Virus record (IMG/VR): IMGVR_UViG_3300046314_000148
Location: 48,246 to 112,245 of that record
Direction: 5' to 3' (one strand)
Source: a virus
Length of the DNA stretch: 64,000 nt
Shown: in pieces, positions 18,970 to 31,116 of the stretch
Layout of the letters: the number at the start of each line of letters is the position of its first letter
How positions within the stretch are numbered: the stretch's first letter is position 1
Notes under the pieces: model-generated
What the model was told of the DNA's origin: nothing
Database searches by the model: none
What the model saw: the letters and a program-made list of their open reading frames with translations, nothing else
Made by a program: the position numbers and the translations under genes

Positions 18970-19694
18970 TGCCATCATTACAAGAAAACCTTGACACATG
19001 GAGTGACCCATCTGTTTGGCTAGACCACGATCTTGGGGAAGCCTGGTCTAAGGAATTTGGCGGTACCGATATTTTATGGTACTCATACATATACCCTAGA
19101 ATCTATAGCATGCTAAACGGTGCAGACCTGCTAGAGATTGCTCCTGGCCGAGGCAGGATAACAAAGTACTTATTGCAAAGCTGTAAGTCCTATGTAGGAT
19201 ATGACCTATCACCATACTGCATTGAGTATCTCAAGTCTGCCTATGATGAAGAGTTCTTCCTTAATGATGGCAAGAACTTTGCAAATACGGCAGATGATTC
19301 TATAGACTTTATCTTTTCCTGGGACTCACTGGTACATGCAGATGAGCCTGTCCTATTTGATTATGCAAAAGAATCACTGCGAGTACTTAGAGACAATGGC
19401 GTAGCCTTCATCCACCACTCGAACAATGACTCCATCAACTATGCAGGCAATCCTCACTGGAGGGGACATCTGAAGGCAAATAGCCTTAAGAAGCATGTCG
19501 AGGAGCTGGGTGGTCACGTAATTCTGCAGGAGTTTATTACTTGGGATGATGATCTTAGGGAGTATTCAGACTGTATTACTCTGTTTTCTAAGCACGGCAA
19601 TGATAAGTTTGTTGGGCTAAACAACAACCTATTCTCAGTCATACGTTCCGAGAATAAAAGAATTCTACAATCCTATCAGAAAGAGGAATACTAA
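18969..19694 (+). CDS. Class I SAM-dependent methyltransferase
   Basis: LLEIAPGRGR, GYDLS, SIDFIFSWDSLVH, RVLRDNG. Confidence 0.85.
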   Translation: MPSLQENLDTWSDPSVWLDHDLGEAWSKEFGGTDILWYSYIYPRIYSMLNGADLLEIAPGRGRITKYLLQSCKSYVGYDLSPYCIEYLKSAYDEEFFLNDGKNFANTADDSIDFIFSWDSLVHADEPVLFDYAKESLRVLRDNGVAFIHHSNNDSINYAGNPHWRGHLKANSLKKHVEELGGHVILQEFITWDDDLREYSDCITLFSKHGNDKFVGLNNNLFSVIRSENKRILQSYQKEEY

Positions 19695-21143
19695 TGGCTG
19701 GATTTGACTTAAACATGAAGCTAAGCGACTTTGAAAAGCTTGGGGAGTCTGGTTACAACAAGGGCTTTGTCGAAGCCCTGACTATTGTAATTAAGATATT
19801 GAATGATAGGATCTGCTTTGACTTTAAGGCAGATAGTGCATGTGAGCATGCTGTATGTCATCAGAACTTTGAGCTGGCAGAAGGCCTAGAGACGGTCAAG
19901 AGGAGTAAGCAATAGTGACAAAAAGATTTGGCTGGTGTATCACTGGCCATCACAGCGAATGTGCGGTAGTCACATCGGATAACTGGCAGTGCGACTGCCC
20001 ATGCCACGGGAAGATAAAATGATTAGTACATTCTTTGGTCCAGACTGGATCTGGATTGATATATATTTTGCAGGAATTATTGAGTTCATGCTAATCATAG
20101 GTATCCTGTATTCAGCATCTTATTTATTTAGTTGGATATCTGACTTTAACGGAGCAATGAGAGTCTATCGTCAGATGAAAGAATCTAGTAAGGGTGGGGT
20201 AAAATGATGCCAACCTGGATTGAAATTATGCTAACGGTCAACGGCATTGTCTGGATCTTTATCTGGATTTATCGGATTATTAATGGAGAAATGTAAATGA
20301 GCCTATACTATGTAAAACAAGATGACACCATCTGGGGATGTGGAGATCCAGATTGCTGTGGCGAATACTTTGAAAATATTACCGAGTCCTTCGTAAAGTG
20401 TGAAGACAATATTCCAGAACAGGATATGACTGCTGATCACTTACATGTATGTAATGCTGGGGGGCCTGTTCTTAAATGGCGTAAGGCTAAGAAGAAGGAA
20501 GTCCAGGCATACGAAGATGGTAAGACTCAGGGATTCCAGGAAGGGTCTGACTGGGGTATTGAATGGCAAAAGAACAAGGCTGATGATGAAGCCATGAGAC
20601 TATTTAGACCAGTAGAGGACCAAACCCTAAGACAGCTTATCAAGATGGGCTATGTTGTTACTCTTGATGGTGAGGCGATTGGAAGACCTATAAGCGTACA
20701 TCGATACGAGGAAGTGTAATGACCGAACTAACCTATGAGAATTTAATGAAGGCACTAAAAGATGCTACTGATGACATATTAAAGAAGCAGCCACTTCAGG
20801 GTCCTATCTATAATGAACAACAAAAAGAATTACTAAAAAAGCACGGTATCGATCCAACTTTTACAATTATTGATGAGGTAAAATAATGAAGAATCAAATA
20901 TCTATTAGGACTGTAAACCACATAAATGAATTTGAATTGACTTTTACTAAAATAAAAAGACTAGATTTAGAATATATTCTATGCGTTAATGGCGAAGAGA
21001 TTACCATATCTAAGGATATGGCTTTTGGTATAGCTACGGCACTTGATGAGTACAAGCAAGAAGTTTGTAATGAATTTGAAGACAAGAGATTCCCATACAC
21101 TTTTCACAAAACTTTTGGGGAACACAAAGGAACAGACAAATGA
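19694..21143 (+). CDS. Run of small hypothetical genes (19694-19915, 20019-20207, 20297-20719, 20886-21143 and shorter ORFs between)
   Basis: Coupled ORFs with RBS-like sites. Confidence 0.5.
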
Positions 21144-21347
21144 AACTAGATAACTATACAATTAGCAAGGTCAAAGATCGAATTAGTGAGTTTCTTTTTA
21201 TCAAGTGGCTTGAGGGTGCACTATGGGATAGCAATCATCCAGAGATTAAAGAGTTATATGAGAACTACCACAACATCATGATTAAGCAGGTAGAGATAAT
21301 TGATTAACACTATTGACAATTAGCGGTATTGAGAGTAGAATATACTT

Positions 21348-21758
21348 ATGAATACAGGAGAAAAACTAATATCACGAATGCCAAAAGGATGGTTTCCGTC
21401 TATTGACTGCAGCTCTGGATGGGATCGTATCCTAGATGAAGTAGAAGAACGACTAAACTATCTAGATCCAAACTATGAAGTACACCAAGTAAAAGAAAAG
21501 TTTGGGACTCTACGCTTTTATTACACACCCACTATTGGTGGCGTAGTCCAGGATATCATGGATGATGTTGTTCGTATGGCTGAAGCCTTGTCTGGAAAAA
21601 CATGTGAGCTTTGTGGAAATTCTAGCGGTAGAGCTAATGCTACGACTAAGTTTGATGATACTGTAGATACCAAGAATCGTAATGGATGGTATAAGACACT
21701 ATGCAATACCTGTGCAGGTGAGAATGGCTATCCATTGACTAAGGATGAAGATGATTAA
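21348..21758 (+). CDS. Conserved phage hypothetical protein (Zn-ribbon C-terminus)
   Basis: GW..I...QVKEKFGTLRFY...CELCG...GWYKTLC; TTGACA-N17-TAGAAT promoter. Confidence 0.7.
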   Translation: MNTGEKLISRMPKGWFPSIDCSSGWDRILDEVEERLNYLDPNYEVHQVKEKFGTLRFYYTPTIGGVVQDIMDDVVRMAEALSGKTCELCGNSSGRANATTKFDDTVDTKNRNGWYKTLCNTCAGENGYPLTKDEDD

Positions 21759-21890
21759 GTATAAACATACTATTAACAGGATAGATCCTGCTAAGCTTTT
21801 TGGCATTGTTATTGAGAGACACTATAAATATAAAAGTGTTATAGTTTTCTTTGGACACCATACCTTTGATTTTTGGACAGGATATCGTAA

Positions 21891-22870
21891 GTGAGCAAGA
21901 TCAACGACTTTGAAAAATTACCTGAGCCTAGGGGTTCACACTTTGCAGCATTTGATGAGTTAGTTACGATGGAGCCACAAATTTTCAAGGTATCTCCAGA
22001 AGAGTATGCCCACTTAGAAAAACTTCTAGCTGAACCACCAAAGGTAAATGAAAGACTAAAAAGATTATTAATGGGCAAAGAGTAATGATTGAGATTCCAG
22101 TTGTTGGGCTTGTAACCGTCCTGGGCATCTTCATTTTTGTGGCTATCTCTATGTGGGTTATCTATGTAAGTGGAGAACTAAAAGATCGTGGAGCCTTGGC
22201 AGACCGCAACACCGAGAAGATTAGCCAGGAACTTAGAGACATCAAGAAGCGTCTACACGCCCTGGAGAAGAAATGACACCACTAGAACAAGAGATATGTA
22301 AACTAAACCAGATTTGGTGCAACTATGTAAACCTTGATCATTCTAAGACTAAGGATAGATTGTGGTATGTCACTCAGCAATTCAGCTATGGGGAGATGTA
22401 TTACCAGGCAAGTCACTGGGGTTACATTGCCAACGACTTCGAGGGTACCAAGTGTACAACCCTAGAAGAGGCACAAGAAGAGCTAAGAGACACACTACTA
22501 CTAGAAATACACAAGCATAAGCAATATGCTATTCGTAACATAGAATCCTATAAGGAAGATGAATTGAATATGTATGAGATAGATGAGTATCGCAGGTGGC
22601 TACAGGTGCTGAATGGAGAAGACAATGGATGAATTAGACTACTCAGATCAAGTAACCATTATCATTACCAAGGTAAAGTATGATGGAAAGCCTAGTCACT
22701 GGGACTTGACTGTAGAAAAGTCTGGAGAGTCTGAAGAGCTTGGTGGTGGCACTGCTCCAACTTTTGCTGGTATCTACGACATGGCCTACAGTATCATTGC
22801 AGGTGGAGACAAGCACAGTAACTACGAATATAACGATTGGGTTTTCCTCGACGCAAATAAAATAGATTAA
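21891..22870 (+). CDS. Four small hypothetical genes (21891-22085, 22085-22276, 22273-22632, 22613-22870)
   Basis: Coupled ORFs. Confidence 0.5.
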
Positions 22871-22958
22871 GTTTGGGCGTAAAAGCTCGGCGGTAAATAA
22901 GAGGCCCATCCAAGACTAACGTCTTGACATTCTCTAGTATCCAGGATAAACTATACAT

Positions 22959-23432
22959 ATGAAGATAACACTAAGTCTAGAAGAAATAGCTATGGCAGCT
23001 GCTGTAGCGGTACATAGGGGTATTGATGCTATTAAGCATAACCGCAAGAACCAGCATGGCTTTACAGGTAATGGCTGGACAGAGAACATCGAAGGCTACG
23101 GAGCAGAATTAGCTGTCTCCAAGGCATTGAACCTATATTACAGTGCAGGGGCTGGCAAAGGTTTTAAAGGGGCAGATGTGTCTGAAAAGATCCAGGTACG
23201 ATGGGCAAGCCAAGACAACTATAGACTTATCGTAAGAGCACCAGACCAGACAGACCATACCTATGTCCTAGTAACAGGTGAAGCACCTACCTATGACATA
23301 AAGGGATTCATTCCTGGACAGTATGCTAAGCAAGATAAGTACTACAGTAACCCAGGTAATGGCAGACCAGATGCCTGGTGGGTCCCACAGGGGGACCTAA
23401 AGTCTATTGAGTTTATCTCTGAGTACCTATAG
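22959..23432 (+). CDS. Phage hypothetical protein (possible PD-(D/E)xK-like nuclease fold)
   Basis: G..AELAVSK...ADV...IQVR; TTGACA-N17-TAAACT leaderless promoter. Confidence 0.5.
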   Translation: MKITLSLEEIAMAAAVAVHRGIDAIKHNRKNQHGFTGNGWTENIEGYGAELAVSKALNLYYSAGAGKGFKGADVSEKIQVRWASQDNYRLIVRAPDQTDHTYVLVTGEAPTYDIKGFIPGQYAKQDKYYSNPGNGRPDAWWVPQGDLKSIEFISEYL

Positions 23433-23979
23433 CCTTAGACATTACAAGCCTATAGATTTCATTAGCTTCCTCTGATACACCCATTGTAGACATAAGCTGC
23501 TTTACTCTTTCGTAAATGGGAATCTCCTTTGCAGAGATAACAAAATTTGGACTACCATATTGCATAGTCTGCTCTTCGATCTCTATGTCTCTGCTCTCTT
23601 GATTTACTGGGACATCCACGATCTTAGCTATAGCAATTGCTGTGCCTTCTGGATCGGAAACAAGGTCGTTGAAGTCTATGATGGTATCTGCTTTCTTATA
23701 TATTTCTTTTAAAGTTTTTATGTATGTCCAAGTCATAAAGTTAACTACATTCCATAGTCCAGTTTCTGGATCGAAACCCTTGTGGTACATTCCAATAGCT
23801 GCGTCTGAAGTAATGCAGTCGAGAGGGTTTCTGACTACAGAGATTAGGTGCTGGCCCTTCTTGTAGTGTTCAAGGTCATGGGACCTTACTGTATCTGTAC
23901 CTAGTCTGGTAGTAAGTAGGGCCTTAAGGTAGTGGCTGCCTGAACGAGGATAAGCGTATATGTAGAATGATTTAGTCAC
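23413..23979 (-). CDS. Sulfotransferase-like P-loop protein (paralog of 12692)
   Basis: AYPRSGSHYL, VVRNPLDCITS, IDFNDL. Confidence 0.7.
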   Translation of the reverse strand: MTKSFYIYAYPRSGSHYLKALLTTRLGTDTVRSHDLEHYKKGQHLISVVRNPLDCITSDAAIGMYHKGFDPETGLWNVVNFMTWTYIKTLKEIYKKADTIIDFNDLVSDPEGTAIAIAKIVDVPVNQESRDIEIEEQTMQYGSPNFVISAKEIPIYERVKQLMSTMGVSEEANEIYRLVMSKAIGTQR

Positions 23980-24446
23980 CTAGCAAGTATATCAAATTTT
24001 CGGGGGATAAGAAGTGATACCCATAACCCCTAGTATAAGATATACTTAGTAGTATGAACACAACCGATTATGTAATGTCTTTCTTAGCTATAGGATATGC
24101 TGTATGTATTGCTATAGTGGTATGGCTTGAGAATAAGAAGTAACTTCCATACGATTGTTTAGCTCAATAAACAATCATAAGGGATATGCTTACGATTGTT
24201 TAAGATCTATGTTGCAATAGAGACAGAACCCTTTATCCGTTTTCCATATACCCACATAGAAGTGCTTTCCCCTTGAGCATCTTATCTTTGATCTCAAAGC
24301 ATAGATATACCAGAAGTAGCTAATTAGAAAGAGTTTGAATTTAATTTTCATAGCTCAAGTATAGCCTATATCGCCTCAAAGAGTGGATCTAAATACCCCT
24401 GAATATTTAAAAGATACTTTAAGAAATTCTTAAAATTACTTTTAAG

Positions 24447-24477
24447 TTATACACATTTATACACAGATTTATCCACA
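24447..24477 (+). promoter_or_regulatory. Three tandem DnaA boxes
   Basis: TTATACACA 24447, TTATACACA 24457, TTATCCACA 24469. Confidence 0.65.
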
Positions 24478-24684
24478 TATTGATGATAAAGATGTTACTG
24501 ATTATATATGGATATAGCGTATAAGTGAGATTTGGTAGAGAGATATGGATAATGGAGCGTATATAATGCGGCAATCGTAATACTTTTCCGCAGATTCTTC
24601 GGTCTATCTATTCAAATCCGCATATCCTTCTATGCACATAACTATCCAAATGTCAATACTTGTTACCAAAATGTTATATATAAA

Positions 24685-25132
24685 TCTGGAAAAATATAGC
24701 CATATCGTAATGTTATTTAAATAAACATACATGCTTTATATCAAAACATATAACAAATTGGGGATAACTTTATATCAGGATATCAGAGCTATGTGTTATT
24801 ACTACTAGGGGGAAAGTTGCTATAGATCGTAATCTATTTTGTACCCTGGACTTTGTCCAGATCCTTAACAGGATGAGTAGTAATTATATCTGGGGTATAA
24901 GAGAACAGTCTAGCTATACCAGTAACACTAGTAAAGGCAAACCATAGAGAGGTATGACCTTCTATCTTCTTTACTACGTCTTTATGTATAGGTAGGTTAT
25001 TTGCATTGGCAAAATGTCTTGGACTCATATATATATTATACCCTTGAATCTGGAAAAATAATGATCTATCGTAATACTATTTGACAAATAGGATATCTGC
25101 CATGAATCTGGAAAAATATTTGATCTTCGTAA
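24685..25132 (+). repeat. Four direct repeats (T/G)GG(G/A)-N13-(A/T)TCGTAA
   Basis: Copies at 24687, 24809, 25051, 25109; three share TCTGGAAAAATA. Confidence 0.8.
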
Positions 25133-25229
25133 TGTCTTTGTATATAGTACATGCTTGACAAAGCTTGAAATATGTGGTCGCCCCCAGAAAAGCCCTCTTG
25201 TCAAGGGCTAATCCAGTTTCTTTTATAGA

Positions 25230-25665
25230 TTACTCATCAAGGCTACCGAGCAACTCGTCTAAGTCCTCGAATGTCAAGTCCTCGTAGCCAAGACCAGCAA
25301 GCAATAGGTCAAACGATTCCTCGATAAAGCGAGTAGCAACGGGTGTAGTCTTGACAATGTCGTTTGCGATAGCGTAGGCAAGTGGCAAGCCAATGTCGTT
25401 GTATTCTACAAAGTCAGCAAACTCCTCGTCTTGACGATAGTTGAGCCATAGGTCAGCAAGGATACTTGCCTTGTTATCGAATGTAGTTGCCATTTTGTTC
25501 CTTTTCGTATTTAGCGGATTCTGCGATTTCTTGTAGTCTGCGGTATGTTATGTTATTTGTTCTGGCGAAATAGATTCCTAGTTGCTCAATGTCTATCGTT
25601 AGGTCATTTATCAACTTACTTATTCTCTCTGCCAGTTTTTCCTCTACCGATTCTTTTCTGGGCAT
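25230..25665 (-). CDS. Two small hypothetical genes (25230-25493, 25474-25665)
   Basis: ORFs with RBS; TTGACT-N17-TACAAT promoter upstream. Confidence 0.6.
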
Positions 25666-25857
25666 TATGTTTCCTATTCAGTTATGCTCTTATTGTATCA
25701 AAACTAGAGGGGGAAGTCAAGAGTATTACGTCCTAACTTCCCCCCTGCTTTGCACAGACAACCAACCCCTTAGTCTCTGTGCTATGGCGAGGAGTAGTCT
25801 CAACCCACCAAATCTATTAAGTTATATATTAATTATATCTCAAAACGGAGGTGCCCG

Positions 25858-27060
25858 TTAGAACAAGACTTCTTCAGCGTACGTAGGCAGGCCATAGAAG
25901 ATGGCACGGAGCCTGTCGCTTAGCATGTCATCCTTATCAGCAATGAAGCCATTCAGGCCATACCATAGGTCTGGTTCGTGGTCCTGAAAGTATGGGTCAT
26001 TAAGAATAAGATTATTAGTCTCAGCTTGTGTTAGCTCGATCGGTTCTCCCAACTCTTCGTGGGTAGTTGCTCCTTGGTATTCATTCACCTGATAGATATG
26101 AATGTACCATGGACCACTGTGCTCGTAGATAGGGAATGCATCTGCATCTAGGCCTACCTCCAACTCACGCTGGAAGATGTTTAGGTCATAGTCAATCTCA
26201 TTACTCATTTGATTCCTTCTTAGCACCGATGGTAACATTGGTATGTACGTGGTAGTACTTCTCTACAAGTAGTCTGGCATTCTCCCAGTACTCTAGTTCG
26301 ATGGCGGTATCCTTATGCATTTGGACTAGGTCATCCACTAGTGCACGGACAATGCGTTCCTTGCTGTGCAAATCAAAACCATTAGACATAGTGCAAACCT
26401 TCTTCTTCAGTCTCGTGCTCTGGACATCCACAGCAGTTCAAGCAAAACTCTTTCTGGTCAGGACATCTAAACACGTCCATGATTACTTCGCTATCTGAAG
26501 TTAGATAAACCTGACAGTCATCACAGATTTCTACTTCATCCTCGTCTAGCAGTTGGAAGACTTCTCCAGCCTCTACGTGGTTGTAGAACTTCTCAATCAG
26601 TTCTTTCTCCCACTGTGGGTCAATTAGCAGGGTGTATTTCTTAACTAACAATTGGGGCCTCTTCTCCATAGATGTCCTTCAATGCTACCACAGAGTCACA
26701 GTCAATGTCAATCATGCCTTCATCGCATTCTTCACAGGCAGGGTCTGCTTCCCAATCTGTCTCTTCAGTACGGCAGTCGCAGTCACGGTATACCCAAGTA
26801 GGAATCTCGGTGTACTCATCTTCCCAAGGATTCTCGGTGATGTAGTACTGGATACGGTTTACAAAACTATAGCCAGCGACAATGTAAGTGCCACCGTCGC
26901 CATCAATCTCAGTCCAGATAAACTTAGGGTCATAGTTGCGAATGAACTCCTGCTCTTCTCCATAGGTCTCGAAGGCAAAGAAATCTAAATCATTCTTAAA
27001 TTTATTATTGATTGGCTTGAAGGTATCTACCCAAGATTGGTAGGTATAAAACTTTGACAT
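25858..27060 (-). CDS. Four acidic hypothetical genes (25858-26208, 26201-26389, 26382-26669, 26641-27060)
   Basis: Overlapping ORFs with AAGGA RBS. Confidence 0.6.
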
Positions 27061-27069
27061 GGGGTCTCC

Positions 27070-27576
27070 TTAGAAGTGGAAGTCTACAGGTATAAGATAC
27101 CATGAATCATCAAGTTTGTCAAGCATATACTGGAAATTAGTTGAGCCAGTTTCTGCGTCGTAGAAGTATGAGTTGAAGTCCCAGTTACCAGCCAGCATGT
27201 CAATACACTTAGACAAAGAATAAAGACTGAAAGCATAATCAGTGTTACCCTGATACTTATCTAACTCAGTATTGATATCTAGAGTTGATAGGTTTTTGCG
27301 GTATACGTCAAACTCTTGCTTCCGTGCCTCAATGGCCCAATCAATCTTTTCCTGAATGCCTTCACGGCCATGCTTAGTAAAACTAATAATGTGATTAGGT
27401 GAACTCTTATAAGGGTCACCGTCTACAAAACGACCTCCGCCAATAACGAACCAGTCATACCATGAATTATGTGCATACTCATTGCCACCCATTTCTGAGT
27501 TTAGAGTATCTTCGGCTACTCGCATAGCCATGTCTTCATCTTCTGCTCTTACAGCAATGTATTGTAAAACGTGCAT
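27070..27576 (-). CDS. Phage hypothetical protein (WYDWFVIGGGRF...VDFH type)
   Basis: Motif pattern; TTGACA-N17-CATAAT promoter. Confidence 0.65.
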   Translation of the reverse strand: MHVLQYIAVRAEDEDMAMRVAEDTLNSEMGGNEYAHNSWYDWFVIGGGRFVDGDPYKSSPNHIISFTKHGREGIQEKIDWAIEARKQEFDVYRKNLSTLDINTELDKYQGNTDYAFSLYSLSKCIDMLAGNWDFNSYFYDAETGSTNFQYMLDKLDDSWYLIPVDFHF

Positions 27577-27619
27577 TGGGGTTCTTTCTTTTGGGGTATA
27601 TATATATTATGACATGTGG

Positions 27620-28117
27620 CTAGGCATTTGTCAAGTCTTTTTCAAAAGAATTTAGATAGTCGTCTAGCATAGGCAACCCGAAGATCGAATACTCTTCCGT
27701 AATGCCATTGTACTTGCTAATAAACTTATTAGTCTGGAAGTCAATCTCATAATACCCCTCGCAGAATAGGTCATCCGCTGCGAAGTCAATGGAGTTTACA
27801 AGTGGCACGTTAGTCTTGTCACGAACTACCTCTAGGATTTCACATCCAGTATCCCTGGTGAGCGACGGGTATGACTCTTTGAAAGCGTCTACGCCAGCTC
27901 GGTTAGTAACCTCATTATAAATGGAATCAACTTCCTCATCCGTAATGAAACGGGTAAACTCAATGCCAGCCTTTAGGTAGTTCACATTCTGTGAGTCAGA
28001 CAGGAAGTGCAGAATCCATGCACCTGTGTGTGAAGGGTAGCCATCCCATTGGCCATACTGTGCAATCTTAATCTCGCCTAGTTCATTCTTTACAACTGTT
28101 AGGTTACGTGTACCCAT
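27620..28117 (-). CDS. Phage hypothetical protein (MGTR...QWDGYP type)
   Basis: Start reassigned to ATG 28117 after GAAAGGA RBS. Confidence 0.65.
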   Translation of the reverse strand: MGTRNLTVVKNELGEIKIAQYGQWDGYPSHTGAWILHFLSDSQNVNYLKAGIEFTRFITDEEVDSIYNEVTNRAGVDAFKESYPSLTRDTGCEILEVVRDKTNVPLVNSIDFAADDLFCEGYYEIDFQTNKFISKYNGITEEYSIFGLPMLDDYLNSFEKDLTNA

Positions 28118-28277
28118 GCTGGGTCCTTTCGTTGGGGTTATCGAATACTCTATTCTCTCACAGAACTGGGGAAAAGTCAAGCCTATCGTAATTGAATTTA
28201 TAATGAGTTGCTATACTAGTTAGTTTGTGGCCGCCCCAGATCCCCAGCTTTGTCAAGCCAGGGACCAGGCGTGTCGC

Positions 28278-29285
28278 TTATGCCATAGCGACTTGCTGAA
28301 CAATCTTTAGCAGACGGTTCTTCTCGGCGTTCACCATTGGGTCAAAGCCTGAAGCCGAAGCCAAGATAGATTCGTTAGAGCCACCACGAGAGTTGCGATA
28401 CCAGTCAAGACGCTCGGTTAGTCCGTTCAAAGCACCCCAAGCAGTTCCAGCAATCATGCCGTTTTGGTTGCCACGATAGATAGACTGAATCAAGTCAATC
28501 TTGCCGTCATACTTCTTCTGTGAACCCTTAGCGTCCTTAGCAGGGGCAGGGTAGGCAAGGGCAACAATCTCCTCGAACTGACGCTCGGTGATAGTCTTTT
28601 CAATCATAGCCTGTGCCATCTTGTCGAACTCGTCCATGTATTTGTTAGCCAAGCCAAGAGCCTCACGAGCAACGGCAATCTTGCCTTCTGCTGTCTGAGT
28701 GTGGCGAATCTTGAAAGACTGCTTAGGACCTTTTCGGTTAGCACCAAGAGCAAGGTTTAGAGTGTTAGCACATACAACACGAACAGGGGTAATGCTTGCC
28801 TGAATAGCAACTGAACCATCGTGAGAGGTGTTGATTAGCAGATAGGTGTTGATTTTGTCACTAACGCCAGTAGGGTCTAGGATAGTCTCACGCTCAAGAG
28901 CAAGTGAACCGAATACCTGACGACCACCCTTGATAGAGCCAGCAGTCTCCCAGCGTCCTCCGCCATCGAGAATGTTGTCACCAAAAGCAAACAGGTCTTC
29001 GTTCTGAAGCACCTTGTAACGCTCGCCAACAACACCAAGAATGTCGTTCTGGGTCTTGTCGAATGGGTTAGTTCGGGTAACGAAAGAATAGGTCTTGTCT
29101 GAGTTGAAGCCATCAGGGGTAGCAACATCTTCTAGACGAACATTCCAGTTGTCAAGGTGTGCCAACTTTAGCATTTTCTGAGTAGTGACTTCTTCGGTAA
29201 AGACTGTTCCAAGTCCATGCCATGCTGGCTCTCGCAATGAAGCGAAAGCGGTCTGTCCATCTACTGATTCTAGTTCGTGAGCCAT
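28278..29285 (-). CDS. DUF932 / TIGR03299 phage-plasmid-like protein
   Basis: REPAWHGLG, LQNEDLF, WETAGSIKGGRQVF, NTSHDGS, TPVRVVCANTL, IRHT. Confidence 0.9.
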   Translation of the reverse strand: MAHELESVDGQTAFASLREPAWHGLGTVFTEEVTTQKMLKLAHLDNWNVRLEDVATPDGFNSDKTYSFVTRTNPFDKTQNDILGVVGERYKVLQNEDLFAFGDNILDGGGRWETAGSIKGGRQVFGSLALERETILDPTGVSDKINTYLLINTSHDGSVAIQASITPVRVVCANTLNLALGANRKGPKQSFKIRHTQTAEGKIAVAREALGLANKYMDEFDKMAQAMIEKTITERQFEEIVALAYPAPAKDAKGSQKKYDGKIDLIQSIYRGNQNGMIAGTAWGALNGLTERLDWYRNSRGGSNESILASASGFDPMVNAEKNRLLKIVQQVAMA

Positions 29286-29437
29286 GGGGAGCCAACTTTC
29301 TTTAGGGGTGATTAGTTATAGTATTATTTTACAGGATACCACCGACAATGTCAACTCTATTTAGCAAACATTTTGGGGACATCTTAAAGCTATCGTAAAT
29401 AGTTGACTTTTGATCTCGGATGGGGGCGGCCCAGAAA

Positions 29438-29468
29438 AGTGGCCAGTTTTTCGTCATGGCCAGGACGT
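29438..29468 (-). ncRNA. Candidate H-type RNA pseudoknot, copy 1
   Basis: CGTC-CTGGCCAT-GACG-AAAAAC-TGGCCA. Confidence 0.6.
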
Positions 29469-29477
29469 TTCATACCC

Positions 29478-30326
29478 CTATGAAAACATGCGACGTGATT
29501 CTCTCTCGAGCACATCTAGTTTGTCAATTAGCTCCGACAGTAGGTCCCTGTAGTAGCCTGCATCAAAGTTATATTTATGAGACTCAAGATATTCATCATG
29601 CAGTTCAACAGTGTACTGTCTGATTAGTTTATTTAGTTTACTCTTCGTCATCGTGTCCCCAAAAGTTATTAGAGCAGTCTAGGCAAAGGCCTAGTTCTTC
29701 TGCATGGATGTCTGCGTCAACCATTGTTCCACAATCAACGCAAGGTAGTTCACTCGTCTTCTTCGTCATCTTCATCCTCTTCTTCTGGCAGTTCTTCTAC
29801 GGTAATTTCATCTACCTCTGCAGAATGGCTCCAGTTCTCATAGTTCCAGCCTGCCTTCTCGGCTTCTTCCTCGTTTTCGAACTCATCTTCAGTCCAGTAT
29901 TCAACGACGGTCTTTACATAAAACTTTGGCATTCGCTTATCCTAACATCATCATCTCGAATTGTAGCCAGTCATCAAACTCATACTGGCAATCATTACAT
30001 AGGGAGTGAACCGAGTCTACTGGGTCATAGTCTAGGGTTTCTTCGCATTGATAGCATTTGTTCATAGTGTCTACTTTAGCATTACCCTCGGACATTTAGC
30101 AACTCCCATCGGTAGGAATCTGCTCTTCTGGCACACCCATCATTCTTAGGACAGACTGGCTTCTGTTGATGAGTCCCTCGAGGTAGTCACCAAACGAATC
30201 GTTGATGTCTAGACCCTCTTTCTCATCGATGAACATAGCGGTATCACTAAGTAGATAGTTGATAATCTCTTCGTTAGTCATTGCCTTAGCCAACTGTTTC
30301 CTCCTCGACCTGAATTGACCAGTCAC
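29478..30326 (-). CDS. Cluster of small hypothetical genes (29478-29651, 29750-29932, 30096-30326 and others)
   Basis: ORF track plus own translation MTKSKLNKLIRQY... Confidence 0.55.
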
Positions 30327-30617
30327 CGTTAGGCAGCCATTCGTGCTGGGCGATGGCTTGTGAGATTACTTCATCTTCACTTAGTTTCTCATCTGACTCA
30401 ACTTCATACCAAGCAGAGTATTCAATCTCGTAGCGGTATCCCATTAGTTGTTCTCCTCTTCATACTGGCATAGGCAAGGTGTAACACGGATAAGTCCCCT
30501 GCTTTGGTGAACAAGGGCATAACCCTCGCATGCTTCACAGAAATAGGTTGTGTCTTTGGTCAAGGTCATAGGGGTTTCCTTTCGTTGTGCTTCCATTATA
30601 GGGGTAGGGTCAGACAT

Positions 30618-30818
30618 TTAGTCAAGCCACTTAGAAACATCTTGTCCATTTAGAACTGCTTCCATGAACGGGAACTTCTGGTAGTCTGGTAGGTCTTCCA
30701 AAACCTCAAGGTACTCTTCTGGGAACTCGTTGATGTCGGTAACAATAATGTCATCTCCACCCCAGTTGCCATCACGAGATACGTATAGAGCGTGTGGTGC
30801 AAACTTGGTGTAAGCCAT
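30618..30818 (-). CDS. Hypothetical protein
   Basis: AAGGAG RBS, own promoter at 30845. Confidence 0.6.
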   Translation of the reverse strand: MAYTKFAPHALYVSRDGNWGGDDIIVTDINEFPEEYLEVLEDLPDYQKFPFMEAVLNGQDVSKWLD

Positions 30819-31074
30819 GATTTCTCCTTTGATTGATTACTATAACTATACAGCTACCCTCGGACATTATGGGGATTTAATCGGCGTGTCGTAAATAAAA
30901 GTTTTTCTGGCCAGGAGGGGGCGACCCCAGATCACCACAAATGTCAAGCTTGGTTTTTGACAGATGCGGTGTGGGGTGCCAAGAGTCCTTGCGGTTGTTC
31001 CTGACTTGCTTCGTTATCGTGTTAGCCCTCACGCTTGTAAGCCGTTGCCTAGGACACTTACAAGAGGTTTGCTG

Positions 31075-31104
31075 TGAGCAGTTTACCTAGACTTGCTCAG
31101 GTCT
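31075..31104 (-). ncRNA. Candidate H-type RNA pseudoknot, copy 2
   Basis: AGAC-CTGAGCAA-GTCT-AGGTAAAC-TGCTCA. Confidence 0.6.
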
Positions 31105-31116
31105 TAGTTCATCTTG

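Noticed and set aside
24685-25132. CRISPR array
   Set aside because: Repeats are short, degenerate and irregularly spaced; no cas genes.
28168-28191. Tn3-family terminal inverted repeats (GGGG...TAA)
   Set aside because: Too short, all same orientation, no transposase or target duplications.
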